From Ruditapes philippinarum (Eukaryota): a stretch of DNA of 64,000 nucleotides. The stretch lies in assembly GCF_026571515.1 (NCBI RefSeq), contig NW_026858977.1, forward strand, positions 186,001 through 250,000, in the 5' to 3' direction. The position numbers were made by a program, and so were the translations under genes. The first letter of the stretch is position 1; each line of letters opens with the position of its first letter. The notes under the pieces were generated by a model. That model did no database searches, was not told the origin of the DNA, and saw only the letters and a list, made by a program, of their open reading frames with translations. Shown here one piece after another: positions 52,888 through 64,000 of the stretch.

Positions 52888-54437
52888 GACGCTCTGTCTT
52901 CCGTTGAGACGCTAAAACCACCGTCTGCCGTAACACTAAATGACGCGGCTTAAATAGTATCTCAGTTTGACAAAAACTGATTACAAATGTGTAACATTTG
53001 ATTAAGATTATTTCTACCTTTGTACTATGTGCTTATTTATCATGCTAAAGGGAAACCTGCACTCTGATGAATTACTTTTTCTACACGTGAATGAAAAATT
53101 ATTCAACTGAAATTGCACGTGCATTTGTTAATCTTAGTGTTTAATTTTTAGAAGAATTATTTATGTAAGTAATTGAGTTTTTTTTTTATTAATTACTAAA
53201 CTCTTTTTGTAAAATATTGCAATAATTAAATGGAAGTGATAGAAAGTTTAAAAAAATGAAAATGAATGTAAATGAAGACGCAATTGTGGTTTCTGTATAG
53301 GCTGGGGAGAGGAAACAATACATGGCAAGAAATAATGTAATTCATTCCTGCACCAAAGGACACAAATTGCGAAACAAGTTCTTGCAACTTATATTAATCA
53401 CTTTCGAGTCCGCTTCCTGGAACCAACCAGTACTTGTGTCATATGAAGAAACATGGTCGTGATCCGATAAGGGCTCGAGCCCATAATCCCTGAACCCATA
53501 ATTTCCTCGTGTTTGCTGTATTATACAAAGCAAGAGAAAATAAGCTTTGAACCCTTAACCTGGTGAATTTTAGTTATGGATTTGCTATTCTTTAAAGTTG
53601 GAACAGTTTATTCTAAGATAATCAAAATACAAATACTGCTATTGCATAGGTATGCAACCTCACTTGGTACTTCCCCTTTATTTACATTGGAGATTTTTAT
53701 GATTTACCTTTTTTTAATTACTTATTAGAACTACAAGTTTATGCTTTGCCCTCGGGCCCTCGCTTTTTTTTTTATCTTACTGGGCTCCTTGTCGGTTGTC
53801 CGTTCTTTGTTGCTGGGTTTTTGTTGGAGATGCGCCCATTGAATGTCGTTCTTTATTAATGACCTTCTTTTTCATATTTTATACTGGTGGCAAAGGTTAT
53901 TCACTTAAGGCTCAAGATGTTAAAGGGGTAATTTACCCCCACATAGCTACGTGAACTTCCTTTTCTATTTTAGATACATTTGATGGTATTCTAATCATAG
54001 GGGTGGGTGGCTAAAGTAAATTGTTATCTGGGTGTAGGTTTTATGATGTATACACTAGTTAGAGTGATTGAGACTAAAACAATCAAGTTAATTTTTTTTA
54101 ATCTTGTCTTATATCTTAACCTTTTTTAAATACAATGTATATTAATCATAAATGATAGCACCAGAGCATCTTTGCAAGCTGCCTTATATTTTACTAGAAA
54201 AAATACAACGGAATCCCTAAAAAACACTTAAAACGGCAATATTGAAAATGTTGCCGTCTCGGTTTGACGAAGGTAGTGGCAAGTACAGACTACCGTCCAC
54301 AACCCCCTAGTACCGGTTTAAGTAGAATTCATTATCTAGACATAAAATGGTGAAAATTATAATTTAGAAACATCTACTGATGTTTCCAGCTATCAAGATC
54401 AATGTATACATGTACAAGAGGATAATAAGTAAATAAG

Positions 54438-54480
<43 letters not shown>

Positions 54481-57400
54481 AAATTCACTTGTTCATTCTG
54501 CTTGTTAACTCGAGATATGAAAATGATAAAGCCATGTTTATTTGATCGAAACTCAATTGATTTTTACGAGTATCATAAGTAAATTATTTTTACATAGGAC
54601 TTCGAATGCGTTTGAATGTTTAATGGACCGAGATCTATAAAGAAAGCTCAATTGAACTTAAAAGGTCCGAGTACTTATAGTATGATATACTTACAGAATT
54701 ACAAAAAAAAAAGAAAAAAAGAGAAAAAAAAGAAAAAAAATCCTATAGAAGCTGAGGTGGAAACACAAAAGTCCCTGTATTTAGAAGACAACTATCTTTT
54801 AAATAACAGTGCCATTTCACCTTTATTCAAATAACGTTATTGTTTCCTTTTAATATTTAGAAAGGTCGCCCTGCACGCGAAAGTTAAGTTGGTTCTATAT
54901 TGCATGACCATTAATGTACTTTGAACACTTTTGTCAATAAAGAAGTTCAGTGAAAAAAAACAAAATTGCAACAACGTTTTCATATAATTATTGCCAAGCT
55001 TAATCAGTGTTTAGTTTTTATTTCATTAGCCTATTTCATGTTAATTGTAGTTTTTGTTAATGACACACTTTAACACAGAAATTACACTTTTAACACTAGC
55101 CAAGTCAGCACTTTAGAAAACTTTAAAAATGTAAATAATTAATCAAGATTACCGAGAAAAGAAAACAACAAATAGTTGCGACATTTAAAAGAAAGAAAGA
55201 AAAAAAAACATAGACATTGTAACGGGATTTTGTATTCATGTTATCAAACATTGTGTCATCTTTTTGAATTTAGTCTTAAATTAGTCTGTTGTAGGCACAT
55301 AATATATCAAATTTAAATAGGTCTAATTAATAATAATTTGTCTCAGAATTTCGCGTGATTATCTTAATTTTATTGCTTAATCATCAAAACATGTACGGTG
55401 ATAAAGAGGGGATATGAAGTTTTAGGTTTATGTGCCACTTTGATACGGTGTTACAATCTGATAGTGAACATGTATATGAAATATTTAAAGTGAATAGCTT
55501 TAATAGTTTCTGTGAAATGGCATTTTTATTTTTTTAAAAAAAGGTTTACCAGTGTCGACACTGGCGGGGAAGTCATGAAAATTAGAGCTGCAAATGATTT
55601 CATTATTATTTGTAAGCTTTTATTATAAAATAATGAATTATATTTTATGTCCTGAATCATTTTATAAATAGGAATTTACAGAATTCAGTTGTCTCCTAAA
55701 ATGAAAAAATCTTTACAGGTATCAAATCCATAAATTCCTAAATGATTTTACATTTCTTTTCTGGTCTTTGATGCCAACAAACGATTATAAGTTGAATATA
55801 CAGCTAGAGGAACCAAGTGGTACACCGCATGGCAAGTCTTATACGATTACTAAAGCAATGTATAGTCCAAATATGTTACCGTCAATGGAGAGTATCCTGT
55901 TTTATTATGCCTCCGAATTATATTGAGAAAATACGACATGTGGCCTTAAACTATGTTATGGTTTCACGCGTTCAAATATATTGTACGTCATTAGATTTGT
56001 TTTCGGAAGAAGAATTTAATGCTCTTTTTGACGTTAACCGTCTTTAACGTAAAGAATAACACGCAACAGAGCACACGTAGTGAACAGTCATTTAATGAGT
56101 CTGATAACAATTCAAAAATGCGAAAAATCCAAATGATTTAGAATGTGTTCTGTCTACTTCTATTTGGAGAAATGAGATCGCAGATACATTGTATTTTTGA
56201 TCATAAATAAGCCAAAATATTGTTTGAAAAGTTTGATATTTTTAGCTTCTTCTAAATAAAGAAAATATTAAGTTACGTTTTCTTTATTCACTGTTACAAT
56301 GCATATACGAGTGATATTTTTGTGCAATAACTTAGCAAGACAATCAACAATCAACATTCAATGTCTAGCTTTACACTCATCATTCAGTTCAGATGAAAGT
56401 AAGTCAACTTTATTCACTATACATTGTTCATTGTAGTGAACCACCGAGAAGTTGTAAGGCAAATTAACTAACGTAATGAGGACATGTATCAGACGACAGA
56501 CAGTAATCCGAGGACATGTCGTATATTGAGGAAGGACCAGGATTAGTATGAGCATTGCAAGCGAGAATATCCATATATAAAGCAGAGGCGAAGATATATT
56601 AATGAAGTATTTGTTGATATCATTAACAATATTATTAGTTTTGAAGAATATCTTAGCTGAATTCTTCAACTTTGGTATCTAATAGAGAAAGTAACAATAA
56701 TTTGACGACTTTTCAAAGTCAGATTTAATGGAAAAGAGGCTATACATTTTGGATACCAAAACAAGACATTAAGAAAAAAATGAAAAGAAGCGAAAAATTT
56801 AAGGAAAAGTTATAAACAGGAAGAGGTTTGCTTGATTTTTTAAAGGCTTTGGTCATGGTTGGTTAATAAAGGAAAAGCTTTACTTTTTCTCGCAAACCAG
56901 CAATTTAGTAAACGTAAAGTGAAAAAGGCGATATGAACAAGTAAATCAGTTGGGAATGAATAGATATATTTGATACCGTTAATCATTTTATTGTTTTTCA
57001 TCATTTCATTTTATTTCGCTATTTAATTTCATAAAAGTATATGGACTACAAAGTAATTGAACATTCTTACTTATGATCTATAATAAATCTATAATTTAAT
57101 TCAATACCGCTCTTCGTAAATGTATCATTCAATAACATTGAAATAAATGCTTCAAACAATGCTCTTGGGGGGGGGGGGTGGAATAAAAAAAAAAAAAAAA
57201 AAAACAACTGAATTTTTCATTTCATAGAAATCTGTTCAAAGTTTCAAATATAATTAAAATACTATTCAAATCTGTTTAATGACTGTTAAAAAATTCAAAT
57301 CCATTATATTTTGCTTAACCTTACAGTCGTGCAAAACATCATAATTATTTATATGATTCAAAGACATGATAATACATTTATAAAAGAGAAATTGAACAAT

Positions 57401-57536
57401 GGCAAACTATAAACATATTGCGGAGGTAAATATCATACTAAAAGTTGCACATCCATGGAGATTTAAACTCAAAACATCATTTTTATATCTTTAAACGCCC
57501 TACGATATTCGGACTTCTCATTTCCATACCCACGTT

Positions 57537-57780
57537 CCACAGTATAGGTCATATCGCGACGTTCCAGCTTAACTGGTGGAGGAAGACCTCAGGTGCCCTT
57601 CCGTGCATTATTTCAGGCCCGAACGGGCACCTAAGTAGAACCACCGACGTTCCGTAAGCTAGCTGGATAGCTTCCTCACATGAAAGAATCCAAAGTCCCT
57701 GTCGGGATTCGAACCCACAGCGGTGAGGGGCAAGTGGTTTGAAGTCAACGACCTTAACCACTCGGCCACGGACGCCCCTC
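57537..57780 (-). mobile_element. Meta-core tRNA-derived SINE (BivaMeta/RUDI-like), apparently young
   Basis: GGGGCGTCCGTGGCCGAGTGGTTAAGG...GGGTTCGAATCCC head, then CATGTGAGGAAGCTATCCAGCTAGCTTACGGAACGTCGGTGGTTCTAC...GGTCTTCCTCCACCA core. Confidence 0.8.
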
Positions 57781-58307
57781 ACCAGATTGTAGTCGATACT
57801 TTAATTGTATTATATTGCAATTAAATTGCAATTTATGATAATTAAATAACTTTTATAATCTAGTATTATTATAATGGTACGTCCTAATAATAACAATTTT
57901 TATGGTGTTCGACTAATATTTTCACATTGGAATTAGGATTATATTCAACATTGTCAAGAAGATGAGTCTAAATATCATTTTATTTAGCAAACAGTTTAAA
58001 ACATTGTCTAATTTCTGCTGTAACATATCTTTTATTAAACCCATATGTAATAGACATAACATTTTTTGTACCAGTATTTGAACATTATTTAGCTGTTCAT
58101 ATTTGCACTTTATTTATTTTAATACTTGTTTCAAGTAATCATGTTTCAAGTTATTCTAATGTCATTATTTGGATATGTATAAAAACTACATGAAGATATG
58201 GAATAATCGACGTTTAGCATAAGTTGCCGAGGACATCATTCTAGTGTTATAATTGTTTATGTCATTGAAGATATTTGATTTAAATACTTAATGTTGAAGA
58301 TTGAATT

Positions 58308-58475
58308 CCGCTTAAGGCGGTGCTAGGAGGGGTGAGCGCTTAAGGCGGTGCTAGGAGGGGTGAGCACTTAAGGCTGTGCTAGGAGAGGTGAGCGCTTAAG
58401 GCGGTGCTAGGAGAGATGAGCGCTTAAGGCGGTGCTAGGAGGGATGAGCGCTTAAGGCGGTGCTAGGAGGGGTGA
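58308..58475 (+). repeat. 28-bp GC-rich minisatellite
   Basis: GCGCTTAAGGCGGTGCTAGGAGGGGTGA, 6 copies with few variants. Confidence 0.9.
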
Positions 58476-59135
58476 GGGGTGTTATACTTTCCGTTATCTC
58501 TCACTAACTAACTTAATTAAAGTGCACCTACAATTTGAAACTGTTTGGTATGGATGCTTTATTTATTTGTTCGTAATTTCTATTAATTTACCAAATATCA
58601 TACATTGATATACATTGGCGTGGCGGCATTGTTCAGAGTTTTGCGTCTTCAAAAAATAACTAAGCTTCTGCATACATTATTCGTGGCGATGGAGATTTCA
58701 TATGAAGCCTTATGGATAGATAATAATAATAATAATACACGTAGCAAGTTACAAGCTTTATTTACTGCATGAATAAACTAAATAACATATGAAATCGAAG
58801 TCCGTTTTCAAAAAAAGTCGTTCTCTGTCCTCACGCATATCTGAAAAATGAAAGAATCCTTTTGAATTACAAAACAATTTAAAACGGTCATCTTTATTTT
58901 AAGTCCTTTAAATGAAATATGTAAATATGTGTTTACAAAGATTTTACAACACACATACACATATGTATAATACAATAAATCGGTTCACTGTTAAATTTTT
59001 CAATAAGAAACGGAAATATTGAATTAATAGAAATCAGTATGAGAAAATATCATACGTGATTTCGTTATTAAAATTATCTTTGTTTATTATGTTTTACTTG
59101 AAAGTATAAAATAATGACTTACAGGTCAGGTTAAC

Positions 59136-60068
59136 TTATCCGAGGCCCCATTTTCTGCTCACATATCTACAACACAGTACCATCTTGCATCGTTTACAAA
59201 GGTTACATGTGCCGACGTATATTTTGTATTTTGGGCATCTTTTCTGACACTTGCATCTGTCGTATTGCCAGTGACGACGGCGACCTCTGTAGGAATATAG
59301 TCCTGCACCTCCCCCGCCATTGAATCCACCTGGTGAAAATCCCCCAATGCCACCGCCAATTCCTCCTGCCCCAAGGCCAATTCCTCCTGCTCCTCCAGCA
59401 AGGCCAATTCCTCCTGCCCCAAGGCCAATTCCTCCTGCTCCTCCAGCAAGGCCAATTCCTCCTCCCCCTCCAGCAATTCCATCGAATCCATATCCACCAT
59501 CATACCCATATCCATCTCCTCCTCCTCCTCCACCAAATCCGTTGTATCCACTGTACATGCCACCACCGCCACCACCACCACCGCCACCACCGCCCCAGCC
59601 CCAGCCGCCTCCGCCTCCGCCACGGCCCCAACCGCCTCCGCCTCCGCCATGGCCCCAGCCGCCTCCGCCTCCGCCACGGCCCCAACCGCCTCCGCCTCCG
59701 CCACGGCCCCAGCCGCCACCGCCTCTCCAGCCACCGCCTCCGCCGCCTCCCCACGGATGTTTCTTATTATGGTTCTTCTTTCCTCGCCCTATTAGTAGTA
59801 ATGAGTAAATAGCATAGAGAAAGTTGATAACGCAGCTTTAGTAAAAACGTGTCTGACAATATAAAATAGAAACGCAATTTAATTGATAATTACTTAAATT
59901 AAATAGAAATATATTTATTATACTCATAAACATGTATTACACTGGACATATTTGAAATGTACCAGTTTTGAAACTTTTATGTGCCGTATCTTACAATAAA
60001 GTAGTAATAAAGATCTTACCGTTTACGACGACAAATAGCGCCACAAGAAGGAAGAAAACTGCCTTCAT
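59136..60068 (-). CDS. Secreted Gly/Trp-rich protein with C-terminal cationic 8-Cys module (cluster gene C, ~233 aa)
   Basis: Exon 1 60068-60020 (MKAVFFLLVALFVVVN-G, GTAAGA donor, phase 1). Exon 2 59788-59136 in frame: GRGKKNHNKKHPW, GGGGGGWGR repeats, GGAGGIGL repeats, RGRRR-HWQYDRCKCQKRCPKYKIYVGTCNLCKRCKMVLCCRYVSRKWGLG-stop. TATATAA at ~60127-60133. Confidence 0.88.
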
Positions 60069-62512
60069 TTTGACGTTTTATTATGTAGATCGACAGACTT
60101 CTGCATTGAGCAAGAAATGGTGCACCTTATATAGTATCTTTGCTTATAAAAATTAATAAAAAAGTAAAAGAAATATATAAAATTAAGTAGATTAAAGTTA
60201 ACCTCTCTTTAATTAGTTGACATATAATGTGAGAGACGTTGCAATGGATGGTACTCATGATGGATGGCTCAATTGAGCATGCGCGTGGTGGAATACTAAG
60301 GCTAAGAACATACTCCAATTTGTGGATGTTGTTGGGAAAAAATATAAATTGATCGGTTTGAAACCTTACATAAATCAGCAAATGTCAATCACTAAGATAC
60401 GGGAAAGATTGATATAAAGCACACCCTATCTGTTAATTTCTAACAGTTGTAGTGTTGCCACGCCATCTAATCGTGCATGCTTTTTGTCCCCAAAACATCA
60501 AATAACTGGAAAAATGTATGGAAAAAAGTTTATAGTTCATGATTAATGCACGTTCTTGAGTAGTTTTATGAACAACTTTACATCTTTACAATTTCTATTA
60601 AAATAAAGATTGTATGCTAAATATAAAGTTTAAATTATCTTTTAGTATGTTTAAATTTTATAAAAGTAATTATATGTCATTGAAAATTACAATTTCTTTT
60701 ATCTCATTTGCAATCTAAAATAAATGTAGATTAAATATAAAATTAAAACAACACCAGTATTGATTCATGATCTTAAATAGTAGTACATTTTTACTTATGA
60801 AAAGATTATTTATAATACATGTATGTGTTAAAAAGGTTAGATTCCAACTACAGCATTTTGCATGACTGTTACCTTATATTGCATTATATGACATAAGATG
60901 AAGAATATGGTAGATTGTTTATCTTTGTTTTGATGATTTTGAAGGAAAAAAAAGCCACAACTGTTTTATTTTCATTTACACTAGTTTTTTTATATATTAT
61001 AACCCAATGGTTTCGGTATAAATCATTTAATTTAATTGATAAAGTACGGTCTTAGTATCAATGCCTTCTAAGTCATACTTAAAGGAACAATGCTTAAAAT
61101 AACACAAGAGAAGCGAGGTTTTGTTAAAATATACATGTAGGTCATATTTAAGTGGAATCTGTTGGCGTGCCACGTATTATTTTTTTCGATGCTTTTTGCG
61201 TATATTTTCACAATAAGTTAACACATTTTGTCATGGAGCTATATATTATTCAGTCTCTGAATGTAAGAGAGAACAAAGTAACAGAAAGCCATCTTTGTAC
61301 TTTGATTTTCAAATTATTATGTTTGATTATCCTATGTTCGTGTTTAATATACTAGATTTGTTTTACGTATTTCTAGTGTAGTTAATATCATTACCCCTCA
61401 CTTTTTTCGTAATGTTAATTTCCCATAGGCCTCTGGGAGTTATTCTTACTGTTAATGCAAGTGTACCACGTGACTAAGAATTTTGTACTGTTACATAGGT
61501 AACAGTATGTTTTAACAGTATAAAATCGGGTCACGTGGTTTATTTTCTAAATTAAATGAAATAAAATGGACGTCATTTTTTTTTCTCGATTCATTCTTAC
61601 TTTCGACGTTAAAACCCGATAGGACATCAATTTCTTCTCTTGAGTAACTATGACACTCATAAAATTTAGTTGTTCGCACCCTGGTGTGCTTTTCGCGTAT
61701 AAAATATCTTTTTGTTGAATAGTCAAAAAGTGAACATCCGTTTTCAACGAAAGTAATTGCAATGTAAATAATTATGTGTCAAACTGGAACATGCAGACAA
61801 TTTGGCTGCAAAATGTGCAGGGAAAACCACAAGATTCAATTGGTGATTGGACAAAAATGTGATGTTTACAAGTATAAAAACTATTTTTACATTCTTTTTT
61901 AAAGACAATGAACTGTTTCTAAGATATTTTTTTCACTCGCATATCTGCATTTAAAACGAACATGCCAGTCCTCTTGTGACCAGCAGAAAATCTCAGTGTA
62001 AAGTGGGGTAATCATATTTGGCGACAATGTGGGCGGTCAATCCTATAAAACAAGATCATTTTAATGTGTCAGGCATGTCATTCTCCGTAGCATATATACT
62101 CAATTTTAAGATAGATTAAGACGCCATTTCTTCTAATATACGTCTATGGGAAAATTTATACAGTAGTCTGACCTAACATCGCAGACAATCATTTAACCAA
62201 ACAACGTATTGATGCAAAGAAATGACATCTCCGAATGCGTGGGTTATTTTGGATTATTTTATATATGATGAAATGTAAGTTCAGCGCTTACTTGATAATG
62301 ACACTAATTACTTGTGCTCATTTTGCTGTTTAATGACTTCTTTCATAGTTAAATGTTGAATTATAATATACACCTTCAACGTACATGTTTAACGTCTTCC
62401 CGGTTTACAGAATGTTGTATGGGTGCATATTACCTATTTTCTTACTTGTCTTCAGAAAGGTTGTCATCATAGGCATATATTGGCAGTTATATAATTTACA
62501 ATGATATACATG

Positions 62513-63696
62513 TTTATTTAATGCTTTTCAGTGAATTACTGTTTTATCCGTGAAAATTATATTTGATAATTTTACAGTGAAAATTATGAAAATATAATTT
62601 CACTCTTTTCAATGACGAAACTACTTTCTTAAGATTTTCCCCATGTGGTTCCTCAATTTTATTTTTGCTGACACTTCTGACAATGTCAGGCTGTTCAGAG
62701 GAAAACATAGCTGAAATTGATGAATAACTTAAATGTCAAAAGTAATAAAAAAAGAAAACTTACTTATATTCATTCAAATTACCAATCACCAAATATCGTC
62801 TCTATTTGTTTTTGTTTCATTTTTAGTCTGAAAAATACATTCTTCTCACATGCAAAACTGCTCTTGATGACATTTGGGCATATTTAAGTATCCTACGAGC
62901 AATAACTGCCGTATGCTTTGTGAAAACTTGAAAAGTAATGACAGCCATCAGCCCGAAGAATAAGTTAACAGCCCAGCGTTCGTTAGGCAGCCTTCCAACA
63001 ATTCCAAGTTTTCCAATTTCCTAGCCGCTTTTTGAATGTTTACACTTCTGTCAACACTTATTTATTGTCTGTTTCAATCCTCAAATAAGTTTTCTTTCTT
63101 TTAAAAAGGTGTTTGACTAACAAATCCAAATGATATCCGTCTGAATCAACCACAATTATTTTCCTCTCGTGAAATACACAACTTTTAAAGATGGCGGCCG
63201 CTTACATTTAACAAAGCCAGGTCTAATATTAATTCGCAATCAGTAACAGAAATATGGATGGATGGTTTGACTTTTTCTCCTACTAAAATTGTTTGTTTTT
63301 ATTATAAAAACAAGCGATCATTCATATTTTTTCAAATAATATGAATAATATCACCGCCGTTTAACGTTGATTGCCGAACTTATTTTTCAACCTAAGTCTT
63401 CTTGTATTTAATGAGAAATTCGACTAAAATGAGGCTCTCAATGGGGAAAACAGATTTTATTATTAACGTTAATATTAAAAACATTTCGTTTTAACTTGTT
63501 TTTAATCATAAAAGAAAAAGAACATTTTATTTGTTTGTTGTGTAAGATGTAATTCTATTTCATCTCGTGAACTTTAAAAAAAAACAGTATTCTCACTTGT
63601 GGCTACGCCACTCGTGAGAATTCTATTTTTAAAGCCCACTCGATGAAATAAAATTTCATCTTACACACACACAAACAAACAAATATCCTCTATATA
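62513..63696 (+). repeat. ~1.15-kb hairpin-ended repeat, copy 3, ~2.4 kb upstream of gene C
   Basis: Colinear with copies 1 and 2, including both hairpins. Confidence 0.8.
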
Positions 63697-64000
63697 TTAT
63701 AATTATATGTGCTGGAATTGACAAATACACATTTTATTTGGATTTCAAGGCGTTTTTATAGCTCAATGTCGTAAGTCCATGTTTAATTAAATTTCTAACA
63801 GTTAAGAAATGTTGACATTTTAAAACGGAATTAAACGACCTTTTGCATATAAAAAAGGACATTCTGAAAACTTGTGGTCATTAACAATTTTTGGGTTAAA
63901 AACATTTACTTATTTTTTTCAAAATTGTTATTGGAGAGGTCATCAGACCTCGCCGCAGTGTTGAGAATGCTTGCTGGTGGCATCCATTTTTGCGTTTCAA

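Noticed and set aside
57700-57780. Functional tRNA gene
   Set aside because: The tRNA-like head runs straight into a Meta SINE core and has no proper acceptor stem or terminator.
58308-58475. CRISPR-like 28-bp repeats
   Set aside because: The units are contiguous with no unique spacers, the context is eukaryotic, and there are no cas genes.
59320-59812. Pro-rich and Arg-rich ORFs (59320-59808 +, 59333-59812 +, 59500-59754 -, 59159-59734 -)
   Set aside because: Antisense or alternative-frame shadows of the Gly-codon repeats of gene C. Only the Gly frame joins the signal exon and the Cys module.
63940-63990. Possible exon 1 of a fourth cluster gene after repeat copy 3
   Set aside because: The minus-strand ATG gives MDATSKHSQHCGEV-stop, with no hydrophobic signal and no strong donor.

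Overview
AT-rich eukaryotic DNA with GT-AG introns. It is most likely a bivalve mollusc, judged from Meta/CORE-type tRNA-SINEs and HINE-type satellite-bearing elements; the species cannot be determined. Left to right: (1) the 5' part of the vigilin/HDLBP gene (minus strand, runs off the left edge). (2) A dense nest of DNA transposons, including a 3.0-kb CAC...GTG element with long inverted arms that carries a 7-finger C2H2 gene instead of a transposase, a Harbinger-like element, and a complete 12-kb IS3EU-type element (TAYGG ends, exact 6-bp TSD). The IS3EU element has an intact integrase-type transposase and a convergent spliced second gene with an Ig-like segment. (3) Two TAYGG-ended MITEs and a TTAA-flanked Kolobok-like MITE. 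(4) An interleukin-17-like gene with an ATG-only first coding exon. (5) A tandem cluster of three secreted Gly-rich genes. Each has a signal-peptide exon, a different low-complexity body and a shared cationic 8-Cys C-terminal module (CxCx3Cx8Cx2Cx2-5Cx4CC) that follows a polybasic site and ends in Gly-stop. A 1.15-kb double-hairpin repeat lies in or beside each gene. This cluster is the best candidate for an undescribed system. Two assembly gaps lie at about 43.2 kb and 44.4-45.4 kb. All calls were made by eye, without database searches.
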